NCBI GenBank assembly: GCA_963735595.1
Contig: CAVTLK010000001.1
Location: 320,001-384,000 of the forward strand
Direction: 5' to 3'
DNA length: 64,000 nt
From: an uncultured delta proteobacterium
Lineage (GTDB): Bacteria > Desulfobacterota > Zymogenia > Zymogenales > Zymogenaceae
Position numbers and translations under genes: made by a program. Below the pieces are notes generated by a model. That model saw nothing but the letters and a program-made list of their open reading frames with translations. It made no database searches and was not told the DNA's origin. Each line of letters opens with the position of its first letter. Position 1 is the first letter of the stretch. This document shows positions 32,346-41,941 of the stretch, piece after piece.

Positions 32346-32711
32346 TTAGATGTTTTCGAGGATATATTTCGAGAGCAGCGCAACATCGTCGAGGTCCTTT
32401 TCGTCCCCCGTAAGGTTCCCGATGTATCCCATCTCAACCTCATAGGCGTTGTTGTCTATGATAATTGAATCCATAAAAATATCGGGCTTTAGATGTTTTA
32501 TGTCATCCTTTGTCTTTACCGTCCCGATTAGCTTTTCAGAATCAGAATCTCCCGACGTAAGTTTCAGGAATTTAAACGCCGGAATCAGATTGTAGCTCAG
32601 TTTATTTCCAGTCAGGGTTGTGATGACGTTGTCCGATATCGTTATTTTCCCTTCCTGCACCCAAGCTTCGAGCTTTTCCTGCGGGATGAATATTTTTTTT
32701 CTTGCTTTCAT
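32346..32711 (-). CDS. conserved hypothetical protein (121 aa)
   Basis: Intact ORF between pgi and miaB on the same strand. Contains IFIPQEKLEAWV, DSIIIDNNAYEV and an amphipathic C-terminal helix. Confidence 0.7.
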   Translation of the reverse strand: MKARKKIFIPQEKLEAWVQEGKITISDNVITTLTGNKLSYNLIPAFKFLKLTSGDSDSEKLIGTVKTKDDIKHLKPDIFMDSIIIDNNAYEVEMGYIGNLTGDEKDLDDVALLSKYILENI

Positions 32712-32800
32712 TTTCAGGATTGATACTAAATTCGTCCGTAAGATTCGTCTTTTTATTATAACACAGCGCCACAGGTTATCAAGCGGAATCCTCCCCGTGG

Positions 32801-34228
32801 TTACTCTTTGTCCTTTACCACAACGGCGTTGCCGACAATCGATTTCGTATATTCGGAGACCTTTTTCGGACGATCGTCATACTCCCTCAGTTTATCCTCG
32901 AATCCGTTTCGACCCATGATTCCCCACGTATATTTTTTCCCTTCCTCGACACCCGGCTGATCAAACGGATTGATCCCGTAAAGGTAACCGGTAAATGTCG
33001 TTGCCATCTGGAAGAATGAAAAGAGAAGCCCCATCACCTCCGGCGATATATTCGGGACAGTCAGCGTCAGAGACGGTCTCCCCTGGCGGGACAGCGCCGC
33101 CTCTGTTGCCGACCGCTCCGCTTCAAACAGGTCACCGAGTGTCTTCATCCCCAGGTATTCCATGGATTGCCGCCCCGAATATATCGCGGGGATCGTAACG
33201 TCTGCCCCGTGGTTTTCCACATTCAAGAACGTGATTATCTTGTCGTGAGGGCCTTCCATGAAAAGCTGGAGCTGAGAATGCTGATCCGTGACGCCAACCG
33301 ACGCCACGGGAGTCTGTCCGATCCCTCCTTGTCCTTGCCCTCCCCCTTCTTTCTTTTTCCCCAGACTCTCGGCCCATAGCTGACAATACCAAAGGGAAAA
33401 GGAAAAAAGCCTGCCCGAATACGGCATCATAACCGAGATATTTCTTTGCCTTGCCGTCGCCGCGATATACTGTAAGGCCCCGTACAGGTATGCCGGGTTG
33501 TCTCTCCAATACACGTTATCTACGGAGGAAATGAATTCCCGTGCGCCCGCCAGTATCCCGGCCGAGTTTATTCCCATGCATTCGGCGGGAAATAGACCCA
33601 CCGGGGTAAGTACGGAGAATCTCCCGCCTATTTTAGGATCGACCTCAAGCGAAACGAGCTCCTCCTCACGTGCAATCTCCCTCAGCACCCCTTTTTCGGG
33701 GTCCGTTGTTATGATAACACGACGCCGAAAAGCCTCCTCGCCCAGTCCCTTTTTCAGGAGGTTAGCAATAATCATAAACTGGGCGAGTGTCTCAACCGTA
33801 CCGCCAGATTTGCTGATGACATTAAACGCGGTAGATCTCAGGTCAAGGGAATCGATAAGCCGCGCCATAGCGGCCGGGTCGATATTGTCGGCGACTATCA
33901 CCTCACAGCCGCCTTTCTCTTGATCATCGACCAGCGCCTCCTGTATAGCCCGTGCCCCGAGCGCTGACCCCCCAATGCCAAGAACGACAAGCTTCCTGAA
34001 GCTCCCCCGTATACTTGCGGCCGTACTCTTTATTAAGGGAATGTGCCTCTGAAGCGCCGCACTATCGAGAAATGCAAGCTCGCCACGCTCCCGTTCTTGC
34101 CGGATGCGCGCCGCGGCCTTTACCGCGTTCTTTTCTATGGCGTCAATACTCCCTTTGTCAATGCCATAGCTCGTTCCGATGATATCGGCCATTAAATAAT
34201 TGTAGTCGAGAGAAATTACGGTATTCAT
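32801..34228 (-). CDS. pgi: glucose-6-phosphate isomerase
   Basis: LGIGGSALG, ISKSGGTVET, IGGRFSV, WAESLGK, DQHS, PFDQPGVEEGK. Confidence 0.95.
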   Translation of the reverse strand: MNTVISLDYNYLMADIIGTSYGIDKGSIDAIEKNAVKAAARIRQERERGELAFLDSAALQRHIPLIKSTAASIRGSFRKLVVLGIGGSALGARAIQEALVDDQEKGGCEVIVADNIDPAAMARLIDSLDLRSTAFNVISKSGGTVETLAQFMIIANLLKKGLGEEAFRRRVIITTDPEKGVLREIAREEELVSLEVDPKIGGRFSVLTPVGLFPAECMGINSAGILAGAREFISSVDNVYWRDNPAYLYGALQYIAATARQRNISVMMPYSGRLFSFSLWYCQLWAESLGKKKEGGGQGQGGIGQTPVASVGVTDQHSQLQLFMEGPHDKIITFLNVENHGADVTIPAIYSGRQSMEYLGMKTLGDLFEAERSATEAALSRQGRPSLTLTVPNISPEVMGLLFSFFQMATTFTGYLYGINPFDQPGVEEGKKYTWGIMGRNGFEDKLREYDDRPKKVSEYTKSIVGNAVVVKDKE

Positions 34229-34255
34229 CTGTACCACATCCAAATGACTTTTTAT

Positions 34256-34284
34256 AATTTACCGTATGGCTGCTGGAATGTCAA
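34256..34284 (-). promoter_or_regulatory. sigma70-type promoter for the pgi-miaB run
   Basis: TTGACA, 17 nt spacer, TAAATT on the minus strand. Confidence 0.55.
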
Positions 34285-34471
34285 ATTGATACGGATCGCT
34301 TGAATAGTCCACCGGAACTCAATGCACTATCGTGCGATGAACAGTTGTGGTGCTATTTGGATGGGCTGATATATAACGCAGTTACGGGTATTTGTGAGGA
34401 GCTCCGTACCTCATACCCTTAGTCTATTTCCGTGTATTTATCGAAAGATCTGGCGGGAAAGCAACCGCTAT

Positions 34472-34837
34472 TCACCCGACCCGAGCGCCGTTAGGAACCG
34501 TGGACTCCGGAACGGCTAAAACAGGAATAATTCCGTCTTGATAACCGATGTCGAACAACATCCCCTCCGAGGTTCGTCCGAACATAATACGGGGTTCAAG
34601 GTTAACGATAAAAAGGCTCTGTATACCAATTATTTCCGCGGGATTGTTCCGCTCCTTTTTCATCCCCACCAGTATGGTACGCTTTTTGTCGCCAAAATCT
34701 ACCGTCAGGCAGAGGAGCTTCTTTGACTCGGGAACATCCTCGACCGCCGTAATCGTCCCGACGCGGATATCGATTATTTCGATATCCGCCAATGTTATCT
34801 GTGGCTTGACCTCCGCGGGAACGAAGTCTTCACTCAT
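34472..34837 (-). CDS. tRNA-binding OB-fold protein (Trbp111/CsaA family)
   Basis: IDIRVGTI, KLLCLTVDFG, VNLEPR, SEGMLF, VPNGARVG. Confidence 0.88.
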   Translation of the reverse strand: MSEDFVPAEVKPQITLADIEIIDIRVGTITAVEDVPESKKLLCLTVDFGDKKRTILVGMKKERNNPAEIIGIQSLFIVNLEPRIMFGRTSEGMLFDIGYQDGIIPVLAVPESTVPNGARVG

Positions 34838-34992
34838 CGGGAATCCTCACGGATCGAGTGCTGTTTAGCAAAAAACCTGAGCATACGGTTCATATCAAAC
34901 TGTCTATAACCGCTGTCGAAGATCGCTAATATAAAATAGCTGAAAGAGGGGAGGTATCTGAGCGAATCGTCACGAAGTACCCTGAATATATG

Positions 34993-35655
34993 TTATTCCT
35001 TCTTTGTCTGGTCCCACGCTTCTGAAAAGCGTTTGAGCCCGAGGTCGGTAAATGGATGGTAGAAGCTATCACGATAGACCTCGAACCCGGCCGTGACGAT
35101 GTCGGCGCCGGACAGAGCCGCGTCGACTATCTGCTTTCCGTTTCTGAGTGCGGCCACGATAATCTCCGTCTCATATTCATACATATCAAATATATCTACG
35201 ATATCGGCGATAAAATCCTCGGTATCTTCCCCGCTGCTCTCCTTCCACCCAACGAACGGCGAAACGAATTCGGCCCCAATGCGGGCGGCGGCCAGCGCCT
35301 GTGAGGCGGAGAACACGAGGGTTACATTGGTTCGTATCCCCTCCTTCACAAGATTATACGCTGCGATAAGCCCCTGTTCCGTGCATGGAATCTTGATAAC
35401 GAAATTATCTGATACTTTGGCAAGTTTCGTAGCCTCAACGACCATATCCTCGGCCTTCTCGAGATGGGGATTTATCTCCACTGATATCGGGAATTTCACC
35501 CCCTTGAATTCAGCCGCGAGATTACCGACTACCGTCTTAAACGGCTTTCCCGAGGCGAGTATGTGCCGCGGATTTGTTGTGACACCGTCAATCGCCCAGT
35601 TCTTATAGGCGTATGTAATCTCCTCAAGTTTTGCGCTGTCCAGGAAATACTTCAT
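34993..35655 (-). CDS. transaldolase, sulfofructose-transaldolase-like
   Basis: D6, GVTTNP, E60, Schiff-base K88 (VIKIP), NVTLVFS, SPF. Carries R30, W137 (SPFVGW) and R171 (AALR). Confidence 0.85.
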   Translation of the reverse strand: MKYFLDSAKLEEITYAYKNWAIDGVTTNPRHILASGKPFKTVVGNLAAEFKGVKFPISVEINPHLEKAEDMVVEATKLAKVSDNFVIKIPCTEQGLIAAYNLVKEGIRTNVTLVFSASQALAAARIGAEFVSPFVGWKESSGEDTEDFIADIVDIFDMYEYETEIIVAALRNGKQIVDAALSGADIVTAGFEVYRDSFYHPFTDLGLKRFSEAWDQTKKE

Positions 35656-35907
35656 ATCGACACCAATAAAAGATCACGAGGTTTTATAAATCCATGACGC
35701 GTTTCAGCGAAGGCACAGAACCCTTCGTCAGGAGAACTCCCTTCCCCTTCATATGCTCTTTTGAGGATTATGATAAATCCCGCGTAAACCCATCTTACAG
35801 CGATTCGCTACGGCCCGTTACCTATTTTGCCGCCGCGTACATGGGCGGTTTGAGCGTATTCTATCTCATCAAAACGGCTTCAGTAGCCTGAAGATGGCCC
35901 TCCACTG

Positions 35908-36150
35908 CTATCGCTTGTAGGAGGAGTCAAACCAGCTATCATTGATTATGCTTTCCAGCCGAATAAGGACCTCGCACGTCTTTTCTGTGTCGAGATTCTT
36001 AGCCCGAGAAAGGAGTGCGATCTTACTTTTAGCATCCCTCTCGGAGATATCGAACTTCCTCATGAGGATCTCTATCGCGAGGTCAAGTTTCCCTTCGGCG
36101 TTGAGTTCCTCATGGTTTTCGATACGGGTTTTTGCGGCCTTGCTCATCAT
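35908..36150 (-). CDS. stand-alone ANTAR-domain protein
   Basis: LDLAIEILMRKFDISERDAKSKIALLSRAKNLDTEKTCEVLI follows the three-helix ANTAR pattern. AAGGAG RBS. Confidence 0.65.
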   Translation of the reverse strand: MMSKAAKTRIENHEELNAEGKLDLAIEILMRKFDISERDAKSKIALLSRAKNLDTEKTCEVLIRLESIINDSWFDSSYKR

Positions 36151-36284
36151 AATTCATCTCCTTGCGACGTCTGTTACCTCTTTGTGATTAAATGACTCAA
36201 GGAAAAAGTGCATTTAAACTCTAATTATGCATAATATTACATCACTTATCATATTCTTTAGTTATATTTTATATCTTTGTTACA

Positions 36285-36313
36285 ATAGTATGCGAAAATA
36301 ATTCGCCTGTCAA
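36285..36313 (-). promoter_or_regulatory. sigma70-type promoter for the ANTAR gene
   Basis: TTGACA, 17 nt spacer, TACTAT. A perfect palindrome ATTATGCATAAT lies at 36224-36235 in the leader. Confidence 0.65.
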
Positions 36314-36530
36314 GTATTTTATTTAGATTGATTGTTTTTACTTAACCAGGTATTAGACACTGATGCGGCCGGGCGATAACCTATCCAATCCCGGTTATTT
36401 TAGAGGTACCTATCGATACGTGATGAGATATTTCACCGGGCGGGCGACCGACAACCGTTGCGGATCGAGGTATAGATTTCCGACAAAACAATATTTCGAG
36501 TTAATCTATTCATCATCACTACGCCGTATT

Positions 36531-37394
36531 CTACATGCTTTCCAGTCCGAGAATCCGTTTCGCGTCATCGCCGGTACCGACGGTCCGTCCCGCCAACCGC
36601 GCCGCCTTTACCGCCCACTCCACCTGCTCCCAACTGCCCCGCGCCTGACTACCGTCAGGCATCCTGACATTATCCTCAAGCCCTACGCGCATGTGACCTC
36701 CGTTGACTACCGCCGTTATATTCGCTCTAAACTGGTTAGGGCCCGCACCGCAGGCGCTGTACGTTGATCCCGAGGGAAGATGGCTTAGTATGCGCGAAAA
36801 CAGAGACGGGCGATACGGGACACCTCCGGCCGTTCCGAAGACCATCTGAAAGTGCATTGGCTCGTCGAAGATCCCCTGTCTCTTGAGCAGCAGCACGTTA
36901 AACAGACCGCCCATATCATAGATCTCAAACTCCGGCTTAATTCCGGCCTTCCTCATGAGATCGTTAAACTCTACGATCATGCTAAACGAGTTTTCGAAGA
37001 CCGTCTCACCCTTTATGATGCCGTTCTTCCAATCAACCAGGGCGAAATTCATCGAATTCGTGTTGAGGCTTGCCATGGAGGGGCGAAGTGATAGGATCGG
37101 ATCGATGCGCACCGACCGGTCAGCGGATGTCACGATGGCCGTGCTCATATTTATAATGAGATCGGGGCATCGTTCACGGACGGCCTGGATCGTTGTACTG
37201 ATTTTGGCCAACTCACGGGTTGGCGCCCCGGTATCGGGGTCCCTAACGTGAATATGGACGATGGATGCACCCGAGTCCCGGGCCTTTCGGGCCTCTTCAG
37301 CGAATTCCTCGGGGGTATAGGGGACGGCCGGGTTTTGCGCTCGTGTCGTTTCCGCGCCGGCAAGTGCCGCCGTTATGATTACCTTATCGTTCAT
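36531..37394 (-). CDS. beta-keto acid cleavage enzyme family (DUF849/BKACE, KCE-like)
   Basis: IITAALAGA, NPAVPYTPEE, HIHVR Zn motif, KPEFEIYD, GGHMRVGLEDN. Confidence 0.9.
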   Translation of the reverse strand: MNDKVIITAALAGAETTRAQNPAVPYTPEEFAEEARKARDSGASIVHIHVRDPDTGAPTRELAKISTTIQAVRERCPDLIINMSTAIVTSADRSVRIDPILSLRPSMASLNTNSMNFALVDWKNGIIKGETVFENSFSMIVEFNDLMRKAGIKPEFEIYDMGGLFNVLLLKRQGIFDEPMHFQMVFGTAGGVPYRPSLFSRILSHLPSGSTYSACGAGPNQFRANITAVVNGGHMRVGLEDNVRMPDGSQARGSWEQVEWAVKAARLAGRTVGTGDDAKRILGLESM

Positions 37395-37479
37395 GGTAAC
37401 CGGCCACGATCATCGAGTCTCTCCTTCGGGTCTGCCCGACAGCGGCGGCAGATATCCTTCCAGCAAAAATCGTCCGATC

Positions 37480-38034
37480 CTATGGACGTCGCTCTTTCAT
37501 GCTGTAGCGGAAGACGCAGAAATCTTCGCCCGTCGCCTGACGTTCCTTGAGATCGAGCCTTATATCAGGGTTGTATCCTTCCAGGATCTTATAGTCCACG
37601 TACCTGCAATATAGATGGGCCAATCCCTCGAGTCCCCACTGCCGGGCGGCATTATAAAAGGCGCAGTTATTCACGCGCACGACGAGGTCGTCGTCTTCTA
37701 TTGCCGGCAGCGCCTCGAAGTTAGCGGATGAATCGATGTCCGAATAGATCAGCCAATTCCTGAACGATAGGGGAAGCCCCAGGTCCTTTACCCGCGCTGC
37801 AATGTGCCGCCCCCGCTCGAAACCGAAGTCCTCGACCGCCGTCCGTATGACGGCGCCGCCCTCTTCCGCCCCGAGTTTATCGATTACCCTTCGCGCACAG
37901 CAGCAGAATAGCTGTGCCGCAAGGCCGAAACCGGGCGTCTGAAATCGGCTGCCTATATCGATCTTCTTTTGCGGCACCTCACCGAGATACGCAAAGTCGA
38001 AACCCTGTTCTTTTTCCCGCTTAATGTCGTCCAC
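37480..38034 (-). CDS. L-2-amino-thiazoline-4-carboxylic acid hydrolase-like protein
   Basis: AVEDFGFERGRHIA, CAFYNAARQWG, LYCRYVD..GYNP, TGEDFCVFRY (three-Cys pattern). Confidence 0.75.
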   Translation of the reverse strand: MDDIKREKEQGFDFAYLGEVPQKKIDIGSRFQTPGFGLAAQLFCCCARRVIDKLGAEEGGAVIRTAVEDFGFERGRHIAARVKDLGLPLSFRNWLIYSDIDSSANFEALPAIEDDDLVVRVNNCAFYNAARQWGLEGLAHLYCRYVDYKILEGYNPDIRLDLKERQATGEDFCVFRYSMKERRP

Positions 38035-38124
38035 TATAGTGCTCCAGTAGTTGGTACGGCCGGTTACTTCAACGCCCGCGAGGTCTGTCGCTTATTTGAG
38101 GAGTGGTATGCCCGGGGCCAGTCT

Positions 38125-38919
38125 CTACGACGTTATCAGTCTCTCCGGACGTTTCCCCCACTCCACCAGCGCGTACGCGCTGTGATTGTGGATGCTTTCG
38201 ATATTCTCCGACTCCACAATAAACCAGTCAAACAACGACAATTCAATAAGGCGGCTCGCGACTTCTCTGACCATATCCTCCACGAACATGGGGTGCATAT
38301 ATGCCCGCTCAGTCAGCCATTTTTCGTCCGAACGTTTCAAAAGCGAATATATATCAGAGCTGGCGCACTCCTCCACTATCTTGACGATATCCTCTATCCA
38401 GAAAAACCTCTTATAGAGAACCAGAACGTTCACGTAGCTTCGCTGGTTATGGGCGCCGAAATCGGCGATTTCTTTTGAGCAGGGGCACAGTGTCGTAACC
38501 GGTATCTTAATGCCGACGATGAACTCCTTTGTGGTCCCGCTGTATCCAACGTATCGACACAGGTATTCCAGCAAACCTTCTTCACCCGAAACCGGGGCAC
38601 GTTTGTTTATGAAATACGGGAATTCGATTTCTATGTGGGCCGACCGGGCGTCAAGCCGCTCTCTCATCTTATCGAGGATAACGTCAAAATTCCTGATATT
38701 TATCTCCTGGTGATATTCGTTGAGGATCTCGACAAACCGGCTCATGTGCGTCCCCTTGAATCGATGCGGAAGGTCGACGTACATATTTATCGTCGCGATC
38801 GTATGCTGCCGTTGGTTGACCTTGTCAAATACGATGATCGGGTAACGGATACCCTTTACCCCAACCTTGTTGATATCAATCTTCTTAGGCGCGCGCCTAT
38901 TTTGAACTTCAACCGTCAT
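38125..38919 (-). CDS. folE2: GTP cyclohydrolase I type IB
   Basis: KVGVKGIRYP, KGTHMSRF, TLCPCSKEI, AHNQR, PMFVED, ESIHNHSA. Confidence 0.95.
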   Translation of the reverse strand: MTVEVQNRRAPKKIDINKVGVKGIRYPIIVFDKVNQRQHTIATINMYVDLPHRFKGTHMSRFVEILNEYHQEINIRNFDVILDKMRERLDARSAHIEIEFPYFINKRAPVSGEEGLLEYLCRYVGYSGTTKEFIVGIKIPVTTLCPCSKEIADFGAHNQRSYVNVLVLYKRFFWIEDIVKIVEECASSDIYSLLKRSDEKWLTERAYMHPMFVEDMVREVASRLIELSLFDWFIVESENIESIHNHSAYALVEWGKRPERLITS

Positions 38920-39295
38920 TTTTGTCTTCCCAGTAGGAAGCACGGGAGGTGTCCGACTCCCACACGTTAATCCGCACCCGGGCATCTATCTCCTCATGTT
39001 CGATCCTCTTTCTTATCTCGGCGTGTATAAAGCGGGCTATATGTTCAGAGGAAGGGTTATGGTCGGTAAATGGGACTATCTCATTGAGAAAGGTATGATC
39101 AAGCAGCTCAAGCGTTTCGCCCAGGTAGGACTTTAAGGCTCTAAAGTCGATAACGACGCCCTGGTCGTTAAGCCGCTCTGACGTGATAATCACCTCAACA
39201 ACGAAGTTATGTCCGTGGAGGTTTTCACATTTCCCACCTATCTCTTGAAGACTGTGGGCCGCCGAAAACGAACTCTTTACCGAGACCTCGAACAT
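38909..39295 (-). CDS. queD: 6-carboxy-5,6,7,8-tetrahydropterin synthase
   Basis: FSAAH, CENLHGHN, LDHTFLNE, NPSSE, VWES. Confidence 0.92.
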   Translation of the reverse strand: MFEVSVKSSFSAAHSLQEIGGKCENLHGHNFVVEVIITSERLNDQGVVIDFRALKSYLGETLELLDHTFLNEIVPFTDHNPSSEHIARFIHAEIRKRIEHEEIDARVRINVWESDTSRASYWEDKNDG

Positions 39296-40222
39296 TTAAA
39301 CCTCTGAAACGTCGACCTTGGGTAATAACGCCTCCACGTCATCCCTCTTGCACAGCTCAGTCCCGCGAGACATTGCCGTTGCCGCCCCTGCCGCTACCCC
39401 GAACCTGAGGCACTCGGCAAGCCGCCTACCCTGAAAATGCGCGAGCACAAATCCCGCTAGCAGTGAATCGCCGGCCCCAACGGTGCTTCCTACCGTTATC
39501 TTCGGTGGAACCGCCAAAAGGCGCGCCGAATCGCTCACCAGGAGCGCTCCCTTGCCTCCCATTGAGACCAGAATAATATCGATCTCCTTCTTTTTTAGCT
39601 CGTTGGCGGCCGATAGCGCCCCCTCTGTATCGGTAATCTCTCGCCCCATCAGCCGACCGAGTTCATGAATATTCGGTTTAATGATAGAAGGGCCGCCCTC
39701 AATACCGAGTTTCAGAGGCTCGCCGTCCGTATCAAGTGCGATAAACGCCCCTTTCTTACGGGCGATATCCACGATTTGTCGATAAATACCGTCACCAACT
39801 CCCCGGGGGATGCTGCCCGATACGATCATATAGCTCACGTCTTCAAGTTCCCGAATCTTATCGAGGAGTTCCTTCGTTTCCACTTCGTTGACGTCAGGCC
39901 CTTTCGCGTTAAGGGTGGTATATGTCCCGGTGGAGCGTACGTAGATAATAATATTGGTCCTGGTATCTCCGCGCGTTTCTACAAAATCGCAACGCACCCC
40001 TTGACGTAACAGGCGCTGTTCGAGCTCCATTCCGTTGAACCCGCCGACGAATCCGAGGGCTATGCTCTGTCCGCCGAGTACCTGGATGACACGGGAGGCA
40101 TCAATTCCTTTGCCGCCGGCGTAGTTCTTCTCCGCCTCGATCCTGTTGGCATCGTCGCTACGAAGCTTCTCCACCTCAATAGACCTGTCTAACGCCGGGT
40201 TCAGAGTTACCGTATAGATCAT
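39296..40222 (-). CDS. 1-phosphofructokinase-family (PfkB) hexose kinase
   Basis: TVTLNPALD, GGKGI, TRTNI, SGSIP, IKPNIHEL, STVGAGDS. Confidence 0.9.
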   Translation of the reverse strand: MIYTVTLNPALDRSIEVEKLRSDDANRIEAEKNYAGGKGIDASRVIQVLGGQSIALGFVGGFNGMELEQRLLRQGVRCDFVETRGDTRTNIIIYVRSTGTYTTLNAKGPDVNEVETKELLDKIRELEDVSYMIVSGSIPRGVGDGIYRQIVDIARKKGAFIALDTDGEPLKLGIEGGPSIIKPNIHELGRLMGREITDTEGALSAANELKKKEIDIILVSMGGKGALLVSDSARLLAVPPKITVGSTVGAGDSLLAGFVLAHFQGRRLAECLRFGVAAGAATAMSRGTELCKRDDVEALLPKVDVSEV

Positions 40223-40377
40223 ACGTTTTTCCTTCGTGTAACGGAATTATACTATAGTATACAGAGGGACCTTTTGTCAATTTTAACTTGATTAAATGCC
40301 CCTCCCCTGCTATAGTCCATATTGGGGCTTACCCTATTTTTTTTCCTTTTTACGAGATAACCTTTTTAGGATTACCT

Positions 40378-41762
40378 ATGCGCTGTCGTACGTATCTTTT
40401 TTCCGTTCTCGTGGCGCTCATCTCATCTTTACTCCCGCTCATTCCCCTCCCGGCCCTCGCCCAGGACGAAGGCGGCAAGCTTCCGCTGGCCTACACGTTG
40501 GAGGACTGCATACGGATTGCCGAGCGGCAGTCTCCGGCGATCATCGCGGCCTCCGCCGAGATGAAGCGGACCAAGGGCCTGATCTGGGAGGTCTGGACGA
40601 GCATCACTTTCGGTGAACGCGGACGGCACCTATACCTACTTCAACACGCCCCCCGGCACGACGTTTCCCGCCGGCATATTTGGTCCCGGCATACCGGCGA
40701 CCGATGTCTTTATGGGCCTGCCCACCCACGAGTCCTACAACGTGGGCCTGCAGGGGACGCTGCCGGTCTTCACGGGGGGACGGGTTGTCTCGGGGCTGGC
40801 GGTGGCCTATCTTTCGGACGACATCGCCGGTGAGCAGTACCGAAAGGCGGTAAACGACACGCTCTACAACGTGCGGGTCGCCTTTTATTCGATCCTGCTG
40901 GCCCGCGAGGTGGTCACCATCAGGACGGAGGCCCTGGACCTGTTGACGCGGCACCTGGAGACGACCCGGCTGAAGTACGACGTGGGGGTGGTATCGCGGT
41001 TTGACGTATTGCGCTCGGAGGTGGAGGTGGCCAACGCGAGGCCCCCGCTGATTTCGGCCAGGAAGGACCTGGTCCTGGCCGGGGAGACGCTCAAACGGGT
41101 GATGGGGGTGGACGTGAGCGAGCCCTTCGAGATCGAGGGTGAGCTGACGTTTGCCGAGGAGGCGGTTGATCTTGACGGGCTGTTGAAGGAGGCCGACGAG
41201 GCGAGCCCGGAGCTGATAATCGCCCGCAAGGCCGAGCGGATCGCGTCAAAGAACGTGAAAATGGCGTTTGGCGAGTTCCTGCCGATGATTACGACGTTTG
41301 CGCGCTACGAGGGGACGATCTACGATGATATTTCGTGGGAGCAGGACGACTGGGCAGTGGGACTGGACGGCGGGCGTGATGGTGTCCATGCCGATTACGG
41401 ACCTGCTGGTGACGGCCGCAAAGGTCAAGGAGGCCCGGGCAGAATACACGAAGGCGCGCGTGGGGGCGCTGGACACGGGCAATAAGATAAAGCTTGACAT
41501 CAAGGGCGCCTACTACGACCTGGTCGAAGCGCGGGAGATCGTCGATTCCCAGCGTCTGAACATCGAGGCGGCCGAGGAGGCGGTGAAGATCGCCGAGGTG
41601 CGCTACGACAACGGTATCAGCACGCTGCTGGAGCTGATGGACGCGCAGCTTGCCCTCACGTCGGCGCGCCTCAACTGGCTCAACGCCCTGTTCGGATACG
41701 AGGAGGCCAAGGCCCGTATCGAAAAGATCGTCGGCACGAAAGACGCTGGAAAGATAATATGA
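40378..41762 (+). CDS. TolC family outer membrane efflux protein (two frameshifts)
   Basis: Signal peptide, LEDCIRIA..SP, PVFTGGR, YDVGVVSRFDVL, RYDNGISTLLELMDAQ. Confidence 0.85.
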
Positions 41763-41941
41763 ATCAGAAGATCACGACCTGCAGAACCGGAGGTTGTCAA
41801 CAGGCAGGTGCTTCCAGGAATCGGACATTATCGTAACGAGGGTATGATTTCTTTACTACCTGACGCGCATTTGAGCAAAATATATCGGCCGGTGCTGATT
41901 AATTGAATCAATGAGCCGGCAAGACCGGCCCGCACTACAAA

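Noticed and set aside
35656..35907. ANTAR dual-hairpin target or riboswitch in the transaldolase leader
   Set aside because: I found only generic hairpins (CTTCAG/CTGAAG, CGAAGG/CCTTCG), with no pair of A1/G4 hexaloops and no recognisable aptamer.
39296..40222. PfkB kinase as a sulfofructose kinase partner for the transaldolase
   Set aside because: Its motifs (TVTLNPALD, KPNxxEL) are those of the 1-phosphofructokinase/Pfk-2 subfamily, and the transaldolase route does not need a kinase.
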